Shown here piece by piece: positions 16,979 to 27,053 of a stretch of 64,000 bases of DNA; the first letter of the stretch is position 1; each line of letters begins with the position of its first letter. The translations under genes were made by a program, and so were the position numbers. Under the pieces are notes generated by a model. The model was not told where the DNA came from, did not search any database, and saw nothing but the letters and a program-made list of their open reading frames with translations. Origin of the DNA: Woeseiaceae bacterium. GTDB taxonomy: Bacteria; Pseudomonadota; Gammaproteobacteria; Steroidobacterales; Woeseiaceae. Location of the stretch: contig JAZBNZ010000234.1 in assembly GCA_036350895.1 (NCBI GenBank), positions 5,600 to 69,599 on the forward strand. The letters are read 5' to 3'.

Positions 16979-17923
16979 CTACTGGGCGACGCGGCAGGCT
17001 TCCACGAGAAAGCGCGTCTCGTCGAGCGGCGGCGCCAGCACTTCTTCGCGCTCGCTTATCGTCATGCCTATCGCGCTCGCCAAGAGCCGAAGCTTGCGAC
17101 GGTTATCGACGATCGCCCGCTGGCTGACGGAATCGAGGCCGTTGGACTCGATCTTGCGACCGATCTCGGCGTAAATCGTCCGCGCCGCGAAGATACCGGG
17201 GCGTACCCGGGCCGGCAGCTGGGCAATCCCCCATTCCGCCCGCTCATAGAGCTCGTCGGCAAGCGCAAGCAATTCTCTGACCGCCGCCGCAATGCCGTCG
17301 TTGAATTCCGGCGCCCGAAGCCAGGCATCGGCATCGATGCCGTTCGCCGCGAGCGTGTCCACGGGCAGGTAAAGACGACCGTTGCGAGCATCCTCGCCGA
17401 CGTCGCGCGCGATGTTGGTGAGCTGCATCGCGACGCCGAGGTCGCAGGCCCGGCTGATGACGTCCGGCCGCCTGACGCCGAGCAGGATGGCCATCATCGC
17501 GCCGACGGTGCCGGCGACGCGGGCTGAGTACGCGTAGGTGTCCGACATCGTCTGGTAGCGACGCCCCACCACGTCCCATTCGAATCCTTCGAGCAGCGCG
17601 AGCGGCAATGTCTTGGGAATCTCGTGACGAAGCACGACGTCGGAAAAAGTGCGGTCGACGGGATTCTGCTCGGGGCGTCCCTCGTAGATCCTGTCGAGGC
17701 GGTGCTTCAGACGCTCGAGACCCGCTTCCGGCTCCAACGCGTTGTCGATCGCATCGTCTGCGATGCGGCAAAACGCGTACAGGGACGTAATCGAGTGCCG
17801 ACACTCGAAGGGCAGGAGCAGCGACGCCGCAAAGAAGGAATGCGAGCCGTGCCGGAGCAGTTCGCGACACTCGGCGAGATCCGCGTCGAAACGCAGAACG
17901 GCCTTGAGGTTCTTACCGTGCAT
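16979..17923 (-). CDS. crtB: Phytoene synthase
   Basis: SFFAASLLLPFECRHSITSLYAFCRIADDAIDN and YAYSARVAGTVG...NIARDVGEDARNGRLYLP: squalene/phytoene synthase signatures. GAGGAGG Shine-Dalgarno upstream. Confidence 0.92.
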   Translation of the reverse strand: MHGKNLKAVLRFDADLAECRELLRHGSHSFFAASLLLPFECRHSITSLYAFCRIADDAIDNALEPEAGLERLKHRLDRIYEGRPEQNPVDRTFSDVVLRHEIPKTLPLALLEGFEWDVVGRRYQTMSDTYAYSARVAGTVGAMMAILLGVRRPDVISRACDLGVAMQLTNIARDVGEDARNGRLYLPVDTLAANGIDADAWLRAPEFNDGIAAAVRELLALADELYERAEWGIAQLPARVRPGIFAARTIYAEIGRKIESNGLDSVSQRAIVDNRRKLRLLASAIGMTISEREEVLAPPLDETRFLVEACRVAQ

Positions 17924-17967
17924 AATTCAATCTCGCCTCCTCGGCGCGCGATTCGAGGTCCGGTGCA

Positions 17968-18066
17968 TCAGTCCACCGTCCCGGCGACGAACAGCGCAAT
18001 CGCGATGCCGCCTATGATACCTGTCTGCGTGGCCAATCCCAGCGCCGTTAACGTCCTGCGGGACAT
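17968..18066 (-). CDS. Candidate 32-aa single-TM peptide between bchO and crtB
   Basis: MSRRTLTALGLATQTGIIGGIAIALFVAGTVD. It is the C-terminal part of track ORF 17968..18363. Third positions are mostly G/C. No convincing Shine-Dalgarno, and it contains rare TTA and ATA codons. Confidence 0.2.
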   Translation of the reverse strand: MSRRTLTALGLATQTGIIGGIAIALFVAGTVD

Positions 18067-18113
18067 ACGCTTCGTTATCGAGCACGCGATGCCCCGGATT
18101 TTCGCCGGCGGAT

Positions 18114-19040
18114 TCAGTCCCGGGCATGAACCCCCACTCCGTCGGCGAGGCAAAAGTCCTCGATGATAGCCGCCACCCGATCCGGCTGTTCCTCGTGCGC
18201 GAGATGCCCGCAGTCGTCGAGTTCGATGACCGATGCGTGTTCCAGGCGGGCGGCGACACGCGTCGCCTCTCCCGGCTTCACCGCCCGGTCCCGGCTTCCG
18301 CTGACCAGCAGCAGCCGAGCCATCAGGTCCGGAAGATCGTGGATCAGCCCGGTCAGATCCCATGCCGCCATCATCGCCAGCACCGCCTCGACGTGCGCCT
18401 CGTTCCTGAGCAGCGCCTGGTAGTAGCCGATGCCGTCGGCATCCAGCACCGAGCCCGTGCCCCGGATGACGCGCTCGACCGCCTTCTTGTCACAGGCGCG
18501 TCGCGCGAGCATGGAAGGCATGAGTCGAGTGCTCGCGAAAAACTGCGCCAGCGGTGAGAAGAATTGCCGCAGGACGCCACCGAAAGGCAGCAGCGCCGCG
18601 TTCAGCCCGATAACGGCGTCCGGCTCGCGAGCGCTGTCGAGCGCGAGGCGCAGCGCGATCGCGGCCCCGGCCGAGTGGCCGACGACGAACTGCGGTTCGA
18701 GTTTCAGCGTCGCGAGCAGTCCGGCGACACCGCGCGAAATGGCGGGCAGGGACATTTGCCGGTCCGGGAGGCGCGTCGTGAACCCGTGGCCCGGCAGGTC
18801 GATTGCGATGATCGAGAAGCGCCGTTCCAAAAGCGGAATCAGGTGACGGAAACTGTGTGTCGATGCGGCCGTGCCATGAATGAGCAGCAGTGACGGGCCC
18901 GAACCGCACTGCTGGACATGCCAGCGGGTACCGAAAGACTGGACGATGCGGCTGCATTCGGCGAGCGGCCAATCCGCCGGCACCGGCGACGGCGTCTCGT
19001 CGGTCGTCTCCGCAGAGAACCATGCCGCCGGCACGCTCAC
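18114..19040 (-). CDS. bchO: Alpha/beta-hydrolase BchO (Mg-chelatase-associated)
   Basis: LLLIHGTAASTHSF...GHSAGAA nucleophile elbow. Positioned after bchI-bchD. The GTG start overlaps the bchD stop (GTGA). Confidence 0.8.
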   Translation of the reverse strand: MSVPAAWFSAETTDETPSPVPADWPLAECSRIVQSFGTRWHVQQCGSGPSLLLIHGTAASTHSFRHLIPLLERRFSIIAIDLPGHGFTTRLPDRQMSLPAISRGVAGLLATLKLEPQFVVGHSAGAAIALRLALDSAREPDAVIGLNAALLPFGGVLRQFFSPLAQFFASTRLMPSMLARRACDKKAVERVIRGTGSVLDADGIGYYQALLRNEAHVEAVLAMMAAWDLTGLIHDLPDLMARLLLVSGSRDRAVKPGEATRVAARLEHASVIELDDCGHLAHEEQPDRVAAIIEDFCLADGVGVHARD

Positions 19041-20776
19041 GCGACGCTCCGCTGCACCGAGGCGGAAATGGCCGCCGCGTCGGCGAATGGCAGCGGCACG
19101 TATTCGCCGCCCATCTCGGCCGCGAGACGCCGGGCCCTTGGCCGCGGTCGCCGCGACGTGTCGACGAGCAGTGTGCGCAGGCCCTCGGCACGCAGCAGGC
19201 GTGCCGCCTTGATCGCGTCTTCGTCCGCGACGTCAGCGCCGGTCGTACCGTCACGGGCCACGTTGCCGCGGCCGTCGGTCAGGACCACGATCGCCGGTAC
19301 GCGGCCGAGGCGCGCTACCGACACCGCCATGTCACGGGCAGCGTCCAGGCCTGCCGCAAGCGGGGTCGCGCCGCCGCCCGGCAGTGCCGACAGCGATCGC
19401 TTCACCCGGGCCAGAGCGCGGGTGGGCGGCAGAAGCGTCTCGGCGCTGTCGCCGCGAAACGCGATCAGGGCCACCTGGTCCCGACGCACGTAGCAATCGT
19501 TCAGCAAAAGCTCGATCGCGCCCTTCACTTCGGCCAGGCGTTGCGCAGCCTGCGAACCCGAGGCGTCGACGACGAAGATCGTGCTCGTCTCGACATTGTC
19601 TTCGTAGCGGGTCACGTGCAGGTCTTCCTTGCGCAGCGCGATCCGCCGCGCCTCGAGATCCTGTTCCTGCCGCCTCAGCGTCTGCCAGGGCGCCGCCGCC
19701 TTGAGCGTCGCGAGGATGTTCAACCGGGATGCACCGAGGTCATAACTGGGTCGTACACCGACCGGCCGACCGCGGCGCTTGCTGCGCGTCCGCGACTTGC
19801 TGCGGCCGCCCGAGGACGCTCGTGGCGGCCTCGCGTTGCCGGCCAGCATGTCGAGCAGGTCTTTCGGCAACGCAGCACGCACCGCGTCGACCATTACTTC
19901 ATCCGGCATCGTGTCGCCGGACTGGCGCTCGGCCCCGGGCTCGTCCGCGGGCGGCTCCTGTTCGGCAGGCGCCGGCGTGCTGTCGGACTCCTCTGCCGGC
20001 ATGCGGGTCGCCCGCGTGCTGTACACGAGCCGTGCAGCGAGTGCGGCGTCATCCTGCGTAACCGTCTGTCGGCCGGCGAGCGCGGCGGCGGCGCGCGCCG
20101 CCTCGATCGCGAACAGTTCGGCGCGAACGGAATCGATGCCGAAGGCCAGCGCCACTGCGACAAGCTGTTCGATGCTCTCGCCGCCGACGGTGACCGCCGC
20201 CAGCCGCTGGCGCGCGCGAACGACGTCGACGCGAGACAGGCCGAGCGCCGCGCCCCGGCATTCGGCGAGCGCCTCACTGCCGATCTCGAACGCCAGCCGG
20301 TCCTTCATTGCGGGATTGAGCTGTTCCTCCGGCTCGAGTCCCTCGTCCAGCGCCACGACCAGGAAACTCGTGGCACGGGTGAGCGTGACGCCATCGCGCT
20401 CGATGCGGATCTCGCCCCGGTCGATCGCCTGGTTGATCACCGCGGCCGTGGACTCGGCGAGGCGTTCAGCCATGGCGAGGTTCAGCACTCCGCCATTCGC
20501 CGCCTCGAGCAGCCCGGTCGCGAACACGGGACTGCCGGCCGCAACCGTTGCGGCAAAGTCGAGCCCCCCCAGGAGCCGGTCGAAGCCGATCGTCACGGGC
20601 ACTTTCACCCAGGCTGCCGTGTCCGGCAGGAGGCACTTGAGCGCCTCGGTGAACGCGTCGCGATCGGGACCCGACAATGCCCGGATGCTCGCGCCATTCA
20701 AGCCGGCCGGGTTGACCGCCAACAGCGTCGCTGCCAGCAGGGCATCCTGTTCCGGCAGCTTCGGGTCACCGGCCAT
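19037..20776 (-). CDS. bchD: Magnesium chelatase subunit D
   Basis: AAA-like N-terminal half, an acidic/Pro-rich linker (PAEESDSTPAPAEQEPPADEP) and a C-terminal vWA domain (IFVVDASGS...). Follows bchI. Confidence 0.92.
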   Translation of the reverse strand: MAGDPKLPEQDALLAATLLAVNPAGLNGASIRALSGPDRDAFTEALKCLLPDTAAWVKVPVTIGFDRLLGGLDFAATVAAGSPVFATGLLEAANGGVLNLAMAERLAESTAAVINQAIDRGEIRIERDGVTLTRATSFLVVALDEGLEPEEQLNPAMKDRLAFEIGSEALAECRGAALGLSRVDVVRARQRLAAVTVGGESIEQLVAVALAFGIDSVRAELFAIEAARAAAALAGRQTVTQDDAALAARLVYSTRATRMPAEESDSTPAPAEQEPPADEPGAERQSGDTMPDEVMVDAVRAALPKDLLDMLAGNARPPRASSGGRSKSRTRSKRRGRPVGVRPSYDLGASRLNILATLKAAAPWQTLRRQEQDLEARRIALRKEDLHVTRYEDNVETSTIFVVDASGSQAAQRLAEVKGAIELLLNDCYVRRDQVALIAFRGDSAETLLPPTRALARVKRSLSALPGGGATPLAAGLDAARDMAVSVARLGRVPAIVVLTDGRGNVARDGTTGADVADEDAIKAARLLRAEGLRTLLVDTSRRPRPRARRLAAEMGGEYVPLPFADAAAISASVQRSVA

Positions 20777-20781
20777 CTCGC

Positions 20782-21780
20782 TCAGAGTTCCGCTTCGAGT
20801 ACGCGTTGGACGCGCGCGCTCGCGCTCGACTCGTCGAGCGGGTTGCGGCGCAGGCGATGCGACAGCGCCATCGGCGCCACGTCGCGGAGGTGGTCGATGG
20901 TAACGGCGGCGTCGCCATCGAGCGCGGCGTGGGCGCGGGCGGCGCGAATGAGCGTCAACTCACCGCGCGATCCGTCGGTTTCCAGCGCCATACAGATCTC
21001 TGCCGCCTTCGCGAGCATGTCGTCACTGACGTCGACGGCTTCGATGCGCTCCCGCGCTTTTACGATCCGGCGCCGGAGCTTGCCGTCGGCACGCGACCAT
21101 TTCTTCCCGAACGCCTCCGGATCCCGCTCGTAGGCATCGCGACGCTTGATGACTTCGACGCGACCCTTCACGTCAGTCGACGTCGACACCTCGACGGCGA
21201 GGCCGAACCGGTCGAGCAGCTGGGGCCTGAGCTCACCTTCCTCCGGGTTGCCGCTACCGACGAGCACGAAGCGTGCCGGGTGCCGCACAGACAGGCCCTC
21301 GCGTTCGACCAGGTTTTCACCGGAGGCCGCCACGTCGAGGAGCAGGTCCACGATGTGGTCCTCCAGCAGGTTGACCTCGTCGATGTAGAGAAAGCCGCGG
21401 TTGGCCCGGGCGAGCAACCCGGGGTCGAAGGATTTCTGTCCCTGGACGAGCGCTTTTTCGATGTCGAGCGCGCCGACGACGCGGTCCTCGGTAACGCCGA
21501 GCGGCAGGTCGACCACGGGCACGGGGTAGAGCTTCGACTTGCGCCTGGTGACGCCGCAATGCGAGGTATCGCATTGATACTTTTCGGGGTCACAGGAATA
21601 CGGGCAACCGACGACGGCCCGCATCTTCGGCAACAGACTCGCCAGTGCCCGGATTGCGGTGGACTTGCCGGTACCCCGGTCACCGAACAAAAGGACACCA
21701 CCGATGCTGCGGTCCACCGCCGCAATCATCAGTGCATGTTTCATATCGTCCTGGCCGACGATCGCGGAAAAAGGAAACAT
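20782..21780 (-). CDS. bchI: Magnesium chelatase ATPase subunit I
   Basis: MFPFSAIVGQDDMKHALMIAAVDRSIGGVLLFGDRGTGKST (Walker A), followed by FLYIDEVNLL (Walker B). Confidence 0.96.
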   Translation of the reverse strand: MFPFSAIVGQDDMKHALMIAAVDRSIGGVLLFGDRGTGKSTAIRALASLLPKMRAVVGCPYSCDPEKYQCDTSHCGVTRRKSKLYPVPVVDLPLGVTEDRVVGALDIEKALVQGQKSFDPGLLARANRGFLYIDEVNLLEDHIVDLLLDVAASGENLVEREGLSVRHPARFVLVGSGNPEEGELRPQLLDRFGLAVEVSTSTDVKGRVEVIKRRDAYERDPEAFGKKWSRADGKLRRRIVKARERIEAVDVSDDMLAKAAEICMALETDGSRGELTLIRAARAHAALDGDAAVTIDHLRDVAPMALSHRLRRNPLDESSASARVQRVLEAEL

Positions 21781-21782
21781 CG

Positions 21783-22562
21783 TCAGCCGGCTGCCGTCCT
21801 GCGGTTACGGCGCGAGCGCAACCCGAGCCGCCAGAGAAAACTGTCGTCGAAATTCACGACGAGCAATCCGTGCTCGAGGATAGCGAGACCGAGCAGGGTC
21901 GCAAGCAGCGTTGCGCCGACTGCCGCCGCGGAAGCCGCGGGCGCGCCGATGGCGGCGGCGACGAGTAGCAGGAATACAGACACCGACACCAGCATCGACA
22001 GCGGGAAAAGCTCGTTCATCGACCGCTTGCGGACGAAGGTCTTGAGATAGCCGAGGTGTGCCGGCAGGTATTCGAAATGCAGGTTCCTGACGCCGAGGAA
22101 TATGTTCAGTTTGACGCTCCAGCGCATGAACCAGAGCACGCAGAACGTCCACAACGCCACCTTGTTGTCGGCATTCCAGGTCACGATCGCGAGCACCGCC
22201 GCCGTCGCGATTATCGCGAGCTCGTGATAGACGCAGGTCTGGACGCCGCGTACAAAACGCTTCCAGCCCCTGACGTCGGGCGGACAGGGCTCGGGGCGCG
22301 GGCCGGTCACGAAGCCGAACAGGTAGGTGACTTCATGCCAGACCCACACGAGCAGGCCGGCGAAGAAACCCAGGTAGACGCCGGCGAGACCGCCTGCGTA
22401 GACACTCGCAAACAGGGCCAACAGCCCCGCCGCCAGCGCGAAAGTAGCGCCGGCGAGGGTCTTTAGATAAGACCTCTCCGGCAGACCGGCCCGGTACATG
22501 ACGATGATCGTGCTGGCCCACCAGGCCAGCACGACGGTCACGACCGGCAACGCATAGTCCAT
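21783..22562 (-). CDS. puhE: Photosynthetic complex assembly protein PuhE (DUF3623-type polytopic membrane protein)
   Basis: Seven hydrophobic segments and the motif CVLWFMRWSVKLNIFLGVRNL. Positioned next to acsF, as puhE is in other PGCs. Confidence 0.75.
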   Translation of the reverse strand: MDYALPVVTVVLAWWASTIIVMYRAGLPERSYLKTLAGATFALAAGLLALFASVYAGGLAGVYLGFFAGLLVWVWHEVTYLFGFVTGPRPEPCPPDVRGWKRFVRGVQTCVYHELAIIATAAVLAIVTWNADNKVALWTFCVLWFMRWSVKLNIFLGVRNLHFEYLPAHLGYLKTFVRKRSMNELFPLSMLVSVSVFLLLVAAAIGAPAASAAAVGATLLATLLGLAILEHGLLVVNFDDSFLWRLGLRSRRNRRTAAG

Positions 22563-22588
22563 CTTTATCTCCCCGATATCGACCGCGC

Positions 22589-23656
22589 CTACCAGGTCGG
22601 CGCGAGACGGACGTTTTCCGGTACGTCGTGGTGCAGCGCCGGCAAGGTATAGAGCCGCGCGAATATCAGTGCACCGGCGACCGAGTATGCACCGCGCCTG
22701 AACCAGTTGATGATCCCGCCCTGTTCCTTCGCAGCCGTCGTCTTGTGATTGAGGCTTACGAGCCTGTCGAGTCCGGCCTTGAAGCGAGGATCGTCGATAT
22801 TGAGCGTCAGCGGGAAAATCTGCCGGCAGATCTCGTTGGTGATGCCGAGCACCTCCATATCGTAGTCGGTGGGATCGAATCCCAGCGCCTCGTGCATCGC
22901 CGGGCGCGTGTGGTCGCGCACGTACATCGTCGCGTAGACCGCCAGCAGGAAGAACCGTATCCAGAGCTTGTTGTGCCCACGCAGCAGCCCGGGGTTCGCC
23001 TTCAGTATCAGCGCGAACACTTCGCCGTGGCGAAACTCGTCGTTACACCAGTCCTTGAACCAGCGGAACATCGGATGGAACCGGCGCTCCGGGTGCCGCT
23101 CCAGCTGGCGATAGATCGTGATGTAGCGCGCGTAACCGATCTTCTCGGAGAGGTAGGTCGCATAGAAGATATACTTCGGTTTGAAGAAGGTATATTTCTT
23201 CGCCTTCCTCAAGAACCCGAGGTTGACCGGTATGCCGTAGTCCTTGAGGGCCTGGTTGATGAAGCCCGCATGACGGGACTCGTCACGCGCCATGTAGGCC
23301 ATGACCTCGCGCACGTCCTCGTTCTTGACCGCCTTGCGGATGTCGGCGTACAGCACGTGGCCGGAATACTCCGACGTGCAGGACGACACCATGAAGTCGA
23401 GGAACTCCTTCTCGAGTTCGGGCGGAAGGTCCTTCAGCTCCTTCTCGAAGTTCTCGTCGCGCTTGAAATGACTCTGGTTCCTGTCATCCCGGAACTCGGC
23501 CATGAGCTGGTCCCACTCCTCGCGGATGGTGCTCATGTCGAGCTTGTCCATCGCCTCGAAGTCGGTCGTGTAGAAGCGCGGCGTCAACAGCGTCTCGGTA
23601 CGTGCCTTGGTCGTCGACTCGTTGCCGCGCGTCTCTGTAACGGGGGGCGTTGTCAT
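22589..23656 (-). CDS. acsF: Aerobic Mg-protoporphyrin IX monomethyl ester oxidative cyclase
   Basis: [14 protein letters not shown]..., with di-iron E-x-x-H motifs ([16 protein letters not shown]). AGGAA Shine-Dalgarno upstream. Confidence 0.95.
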   Translation of the reverse strand: MTTPPVTETRGNESTTKARTETLLTPRFYTTDFEAMDKLDMSTIREEWDQLMAEFRDDRNQSHFKRDENFEKELKDLPPELEKEFLDFMVSSCTSEYSGHVLYADIRKAVKNEDVREVMAYMARDESRHAGFINQALKDYGIPVNLGFLRKAKKYTFFKPKYIFYATYLSEKIGYARYITIYRQLERHPERRFHPMFRWFKDWCNDEFRHGEVFALILKANPGLLRGHNKLWIRFFLLAVYATMYVRDHTRPAMHEALGFDPTDYDMEVLGITNEICRQIFPLTLNIDDPRFKAGLDRLVSLNHKTTAAKEQGGIINWFRRGAYSVAGALIFARLYTLPALHHDVPENVRLAPTW

Positions 23657-23668
23657 CGTGATGATTCC

Positions 23669-24838
23669 TTAGTGGTTGTCTCGTAGAGCTACGGTGCTGT
23701 CCGCGTCGTTCCCGCCATCGGCATTGGCGCCGGAAACCCGGGCGTCCATAGATGGCGCGAAGAGGAACCGCGTAAATGCTTGTGAATTTTCCTGGCCGAA
23801 CGCGCGCAGATCGATCCTGCGGTCTGAGACCGGGTCGAACAGGTAGATCTGGCCGGCATCGGTCTGGCCGACGGTGAACGGCTCCTCGCTGCCGGCATTC
23901 AGCGCGTCGCGGGCCCTGACGAGCCCCCGCAGCGTTGCCCGAACGAAACCGTTCGTGCCGGGTTCCAGCGTATCGACGACGCTGCCGTCGGCTGCGTTTC
24001 GAACGACAACCGAACCGTCCGCCTGGTCCTCGAAATAGAGGTCGACCTGGCTGACGAAAGGCACCGGAGCCGCAGCGTCGGAAGTATCGGTCAGCTGGTT
24101 CCAGGCGACAGCGATCAGCGAGAAGCCGACGAGCGCCACGCCCGCGGCGAGCGGAACGGTCGGGTACGGACGCCAGCGAGGCCTGTCCGCGCCCGTGTCA
24201 CGCTCGGCAGCATCGCCTTCCTGCACGACGCGAACGGCGGGACCGGTTGCCTCGGCGGCCCGGCAAAGAGCGCCGGCCAGCGTCTCGGCCACGCTGCGAG
24301 CATCAGCGATGCCGCGCAGAACCGGTCGCACGCGCAGGAACCGCCACGGTTTGACCATGGGCCAGACCAGCAGCCAGGAGACGCGATTGCCGCGAGCCGG
24401 CAACAGGCTGATGTCACCGCTGTCGTCGCCGTGTAACCTCAGCTCGGCCGACTCGATCAACCTGTAGGGCAGGTTGATCGTGACCGGCAGGGCAACACCG
24501 GTTCGGATCACGACGCGTCGGTCAGTGATCGTGAACAGGCTCGACCGCGCCACCAGGCGCGCATAGCCGGCCACGATCCCGAGGGCCACCAGGGCCAGCA
24601 GGGTATAGCCGGCCGTCGTGCCGATCGCATCACCCACCGGTGTGTTACCGGCTACCGAGAGACCGAACTGCAGGACCAGGAGCGCCCCGAAATACACGGC
24701 CAGCGTCCTGAGCCGGAAGCTGCCGACGGCGAGGCTGCGGAAATCCGGCGCCCCCTGCCATAGCATCGTCTCGTTGTCAGGAAGCGGCTCGGGGATACCG
24801 GGCTCGTGTTCCTGATCGTGTTCGAGCATGTTATTCAA
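23669..24838 (-). CDS. puhB: PuhB-PuhC fusion protein (RC-LH1 assembly factors in one ORF, 389 aa)
   Basis: Residues 1 to about 205 are PuhB-like: two TM helices plus a bPH-type LFTITDRRVVIRTG region. Residues about 225-389 are PuhC-like: a TM helix VPLAAGVALVGFSLIAVAW, then GFVRATLRGLVRARD...LFDPVSDRRIDLRAFGQENSQAF. There is no stop between the two parts. The track start is a TTG overlapping the puhA stop (TTGA); an alternative ATG is at 24829. Confidence 0.75.
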   Translation of the reverse strand: MNNMLEHDQEHEPGIPEPLPDNETMLWQGAPDFRSLAVGSFRLRTLAVYFGALLVLQFGLSVAGNTPVGDAIGTTAGYTLLALVALGIVAGYARLVARSSLFTITDRRVVIRTGVALPVTINLPYRLIESAELRLHGDDSGDISLLPARGNRVSWLLVWPMVKPWRFLRVRPVLRGIADARSVAETLAGALCRAAEATGPAVRVVQEGDAAERDTGADRPRWRPYPTVPLAAGVALVGFSLIAVAWNQLTDTSDAAAPVPFVSQVDLYFEDQADGSVVVRNAADGSVVDTLEPGTNGFVRATLRGLVRARDALNAGSEEPFTVGQTDAGQIYLFDPVSDRRIDLRAFGQENSQAFTRFLFAPSMDARVSGANADGGNDADSTVALRDNH

Positions 24839-25596
24839 AGGTACGGCTCCGCTCGTTTGCTGTCAGCGAAAAGCAACCCGCCACCGAAGTAACCGCAGAT
24901 CTTGTCTTCTTCCAGCGGCGTTATCTGGTCAGGGGAGGCAATCTGCGGCACGTCATCGAAATGCTTCGAGTGGATCACGTTGACGCGAATCACACCGGCC
25001 CGCTTGTCGATCTCGGCGAACCCGAACGGCACCATCGCCTTGCCGCCCTTGGACCGGTCGACCTCGAGGTAGTAGATCTGCGGTTCCGCGAGATCGATCC
25101 AGAGATCGGACACGGTACCGACGTCGACGCCGTCGCCGGCCACGACCGTCATGCCGCGAGGATCGGTGTCCCGCTGATCGACCTCGAGGCTGGCATCCGC
25201 CCGCATCGGGATGATGCGCGGCTTGCCATCGAGCGTCTTTTCCGGAACTTCGGAGCGTTTCGCCCAGGAACCGGTGCCGAAACCCGACTTCATCGGATCA
25301 CCGACCGGGTTGAACGGCGCCCCCGGATAGCTCGCGGCAGGTTCTGCCGAGAAATGCTCTTCCGGTGCTTCGGCGGCCGGCTTCTGCACCGTCCTGCCGT
25401 CATCGAGGAAAAAGGTCTTCGGGTCCGGCATAGCCGGGAAACCCTGGACCGTTACATGGTCGCTGCGATCCGAGACCAGGGGATAACCTTCCCGCTTGCC
25501 CTCACGATGCAGGTACAAAACCAGCACGATGAAAAACAGCCAGAACAGGGTAAACAAAATTTCAACCAGATCGATATTTCCTAATCCGCTAGACAT
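24835..25596 (-). CDS. puhA: Photosynthetic reaction centre H subunit
   Basis: ...IDLVEILFTLFWLFFIVLVLYLHREGKREGYPL... is a typical PuhA N-terminal TM helix, followed by a PRC-barrel C-terminal domain. Confidence 0.93.
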   Translation of the reverse strand: MSSGLGNIDLVEILFTLFWLFFIVLVLYLHREGKREGYPLVSDRSDHVTVQGFPAMPDPKTFFLDDGRTVQKPAAEAPEEHFSAEPAASYPGAPFNPVGDPMKSGFGTGSWAKRSEVPEKTLDGKPRIIPMRADASLEVDQRDTDPRGMTVVAGDGVDVGTVSDLWIDLAEPQIYYLEVDRSKGGKAMVPFGFAEIDKRAGVIRVNVIHSKHFDDVPQIASPDQITPLEEDKICGYFGGGLLFADSKRAEPYL

Positions 25597-25616
25597 GGCG
25601 GACCTCCCGTTTCTTT

Positions 25617-27053
25617 CTAATTTGGAAATTCGGCAAAGCCGAACCTATGCTCGCTGTCCGAATCGGACTTCCTGGAAAATGCCGCCAGGGGGCCGATAAC
25701 AATCAGCGTTCCGAACAACAACACCCACTCGAGGTGATAAACAAACGCGTAACCGACCCCCGGTCCCGCGAGCCCTGGACCCAGTGCGCCTTCCGTGGCG
25801 AGGCCCGAAACGATATCCCGCAACGCACCCCCGGCCGCTATCGCGACGCCGGTTGCCGTTGCCTGCACCGCGCCCCAGGCGCCGAGCGCCAGGCCACGAT
25901 TGTGTTCTCTCGATATCGCCATCGCTGCCGTCAGCGTGCCCATGGCGAACAGTCCCCCACCGATGCCGATCATGACGACGCCGATGGCAAACAGAGTCTT
26001 GAACTTCAGTACGCTCACGAGGCCGATCAGCGCGAAGGCGACGATGCCCTGCAGCGCCCCGTAAGCCGCGAGTCGATGCGGATCCATACCCGTCGCGAGC
26101 CAGCGCGCGGCCACCACGAATGCAACGAGCATCCCGCCGGCGAGCAGCGCTGTGAGTCCGGTCGTCGCACTGACGGACAGGCCAAGTATCTGGCCGCCGA
26201 ACGGTTCGAGCAGGATGTCCTGCATCGTGAAGCCGATCGTGCCGAGCGCAACGGCGAGGAGCAGCCGCCGGGACCGCGGGTCCTCGCGGAGTTCGGCCAG
26301 CGCTTCGGAGAACGACGCTTTCGCCGCCGCATCCTGCTGCCGGATCATGCCGCGCGGCTCCTGCTTCCACATCGAGATCATGTTCAGGATGAACGAGATC
26401 AGCGCGGCGCTCTGGATCACGCGAATGAGTTTGAGCGGTTCGAAGTCCCGCAACAGCCAGCCGAACAGCAGCGCGCTGAAGACCATCCCGACCAACAGCA
26501 TCACGAACAACAGCGCGACCAGGCGCGGCCGCACGTCCGGCGGAGCGAGATCCGATGCGAGGGCGAGACCTGCCGTCTGCGTCGTATGCAGGCCGAGACC
26601 GATCATCAGGAAGGCGAGACCGGCGCCGACCTGGCCCCATATGACGGGGCCGACGCCGTCACCGGACAGGACCAGCAGCGCAAAGGGCAGGATCGCGAGG
26701 CCGCCCCACTGCATTAGCGTGCCGAACCAGATGAAAGGTACGCGCCGCCAGCCGAGCGCCGAGATATAGGTATCGGAACGGTGGCCGATCAGCGCGCGCA
26801 GCGGCGCGAAGACGACCGGCAGGGCAACCATCGCGGCAACGAACCACGCCGGCACTCCGAGCTCGACGATCATCACGCGATTCAGCGTGCCAGTGATCAG
26901 CACGAGCGCCATTCCGACCGACACCTGGAACAGTGACAGCCGGAGAATGCGGCCGAGCGGCAGGTCGTCGGTCGCAACATCGGCGAACGGCAGCAGGCTG
27001 GGTGCAAGCTCCCGCAGTCGATGTCGAATGCCCTGACTCGCGGTTGTCAGCAT
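25617..27053 (-). CDS. lhaA: LH1 assembly protein LhaA (PucC-family MFS, 478 aa)
   Basis: ...LPLGRILRLSLFQVSVGMALVLITGTLNRVMIVELGVPAW..., with 12 hydrophobic segments. Lies between bchM and puhA. Start re-picked at the ATG at 27053, which overlaps the bchM stop (ATGCTGA); the track's 547-aa form is an extension. Confidence 0.85.
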   Translation of the reverse strand: MLTTASQGIRHRLRELAPSLLPFADVATDDLPLGRILRLSLFQVSVGMALVLITGTLNRVMIVELGVPAWFVAAMVALPVVFAPLRALIGHRSDTYISALGWRRVPFIWFGTLMQWGGLAILPFALLVLSGDGVGPVIWGQVGAGLAFLMIGLGLHTTQTAGLALASDLAPPDVRPRLVALLFVMLLVGMVFSALLFGWLLRDFEPLKLIRVIQSAALISFILNMISMWKQEPRGMIRQQDAAAKASFSEALAELREDPRSRRLLLAVALGTIGFTMQDILLEPFGGQILGLSVSATTGLTALLAGGMLVAFVVAARWLATGMDPHRLAAYGALQGIVAFALIGLVSVLKFKTLFAIGVVMIGIGGGLFAMGTLTAAMAISREHNRGLALGAWGAVQATATGVAIAAGGALRDIVSGLATEGALGPGLAGPGVGYAFVYHLEWVLLFGTLIVIGPLAAFSRKSDSDSEHRFGFAEFPN

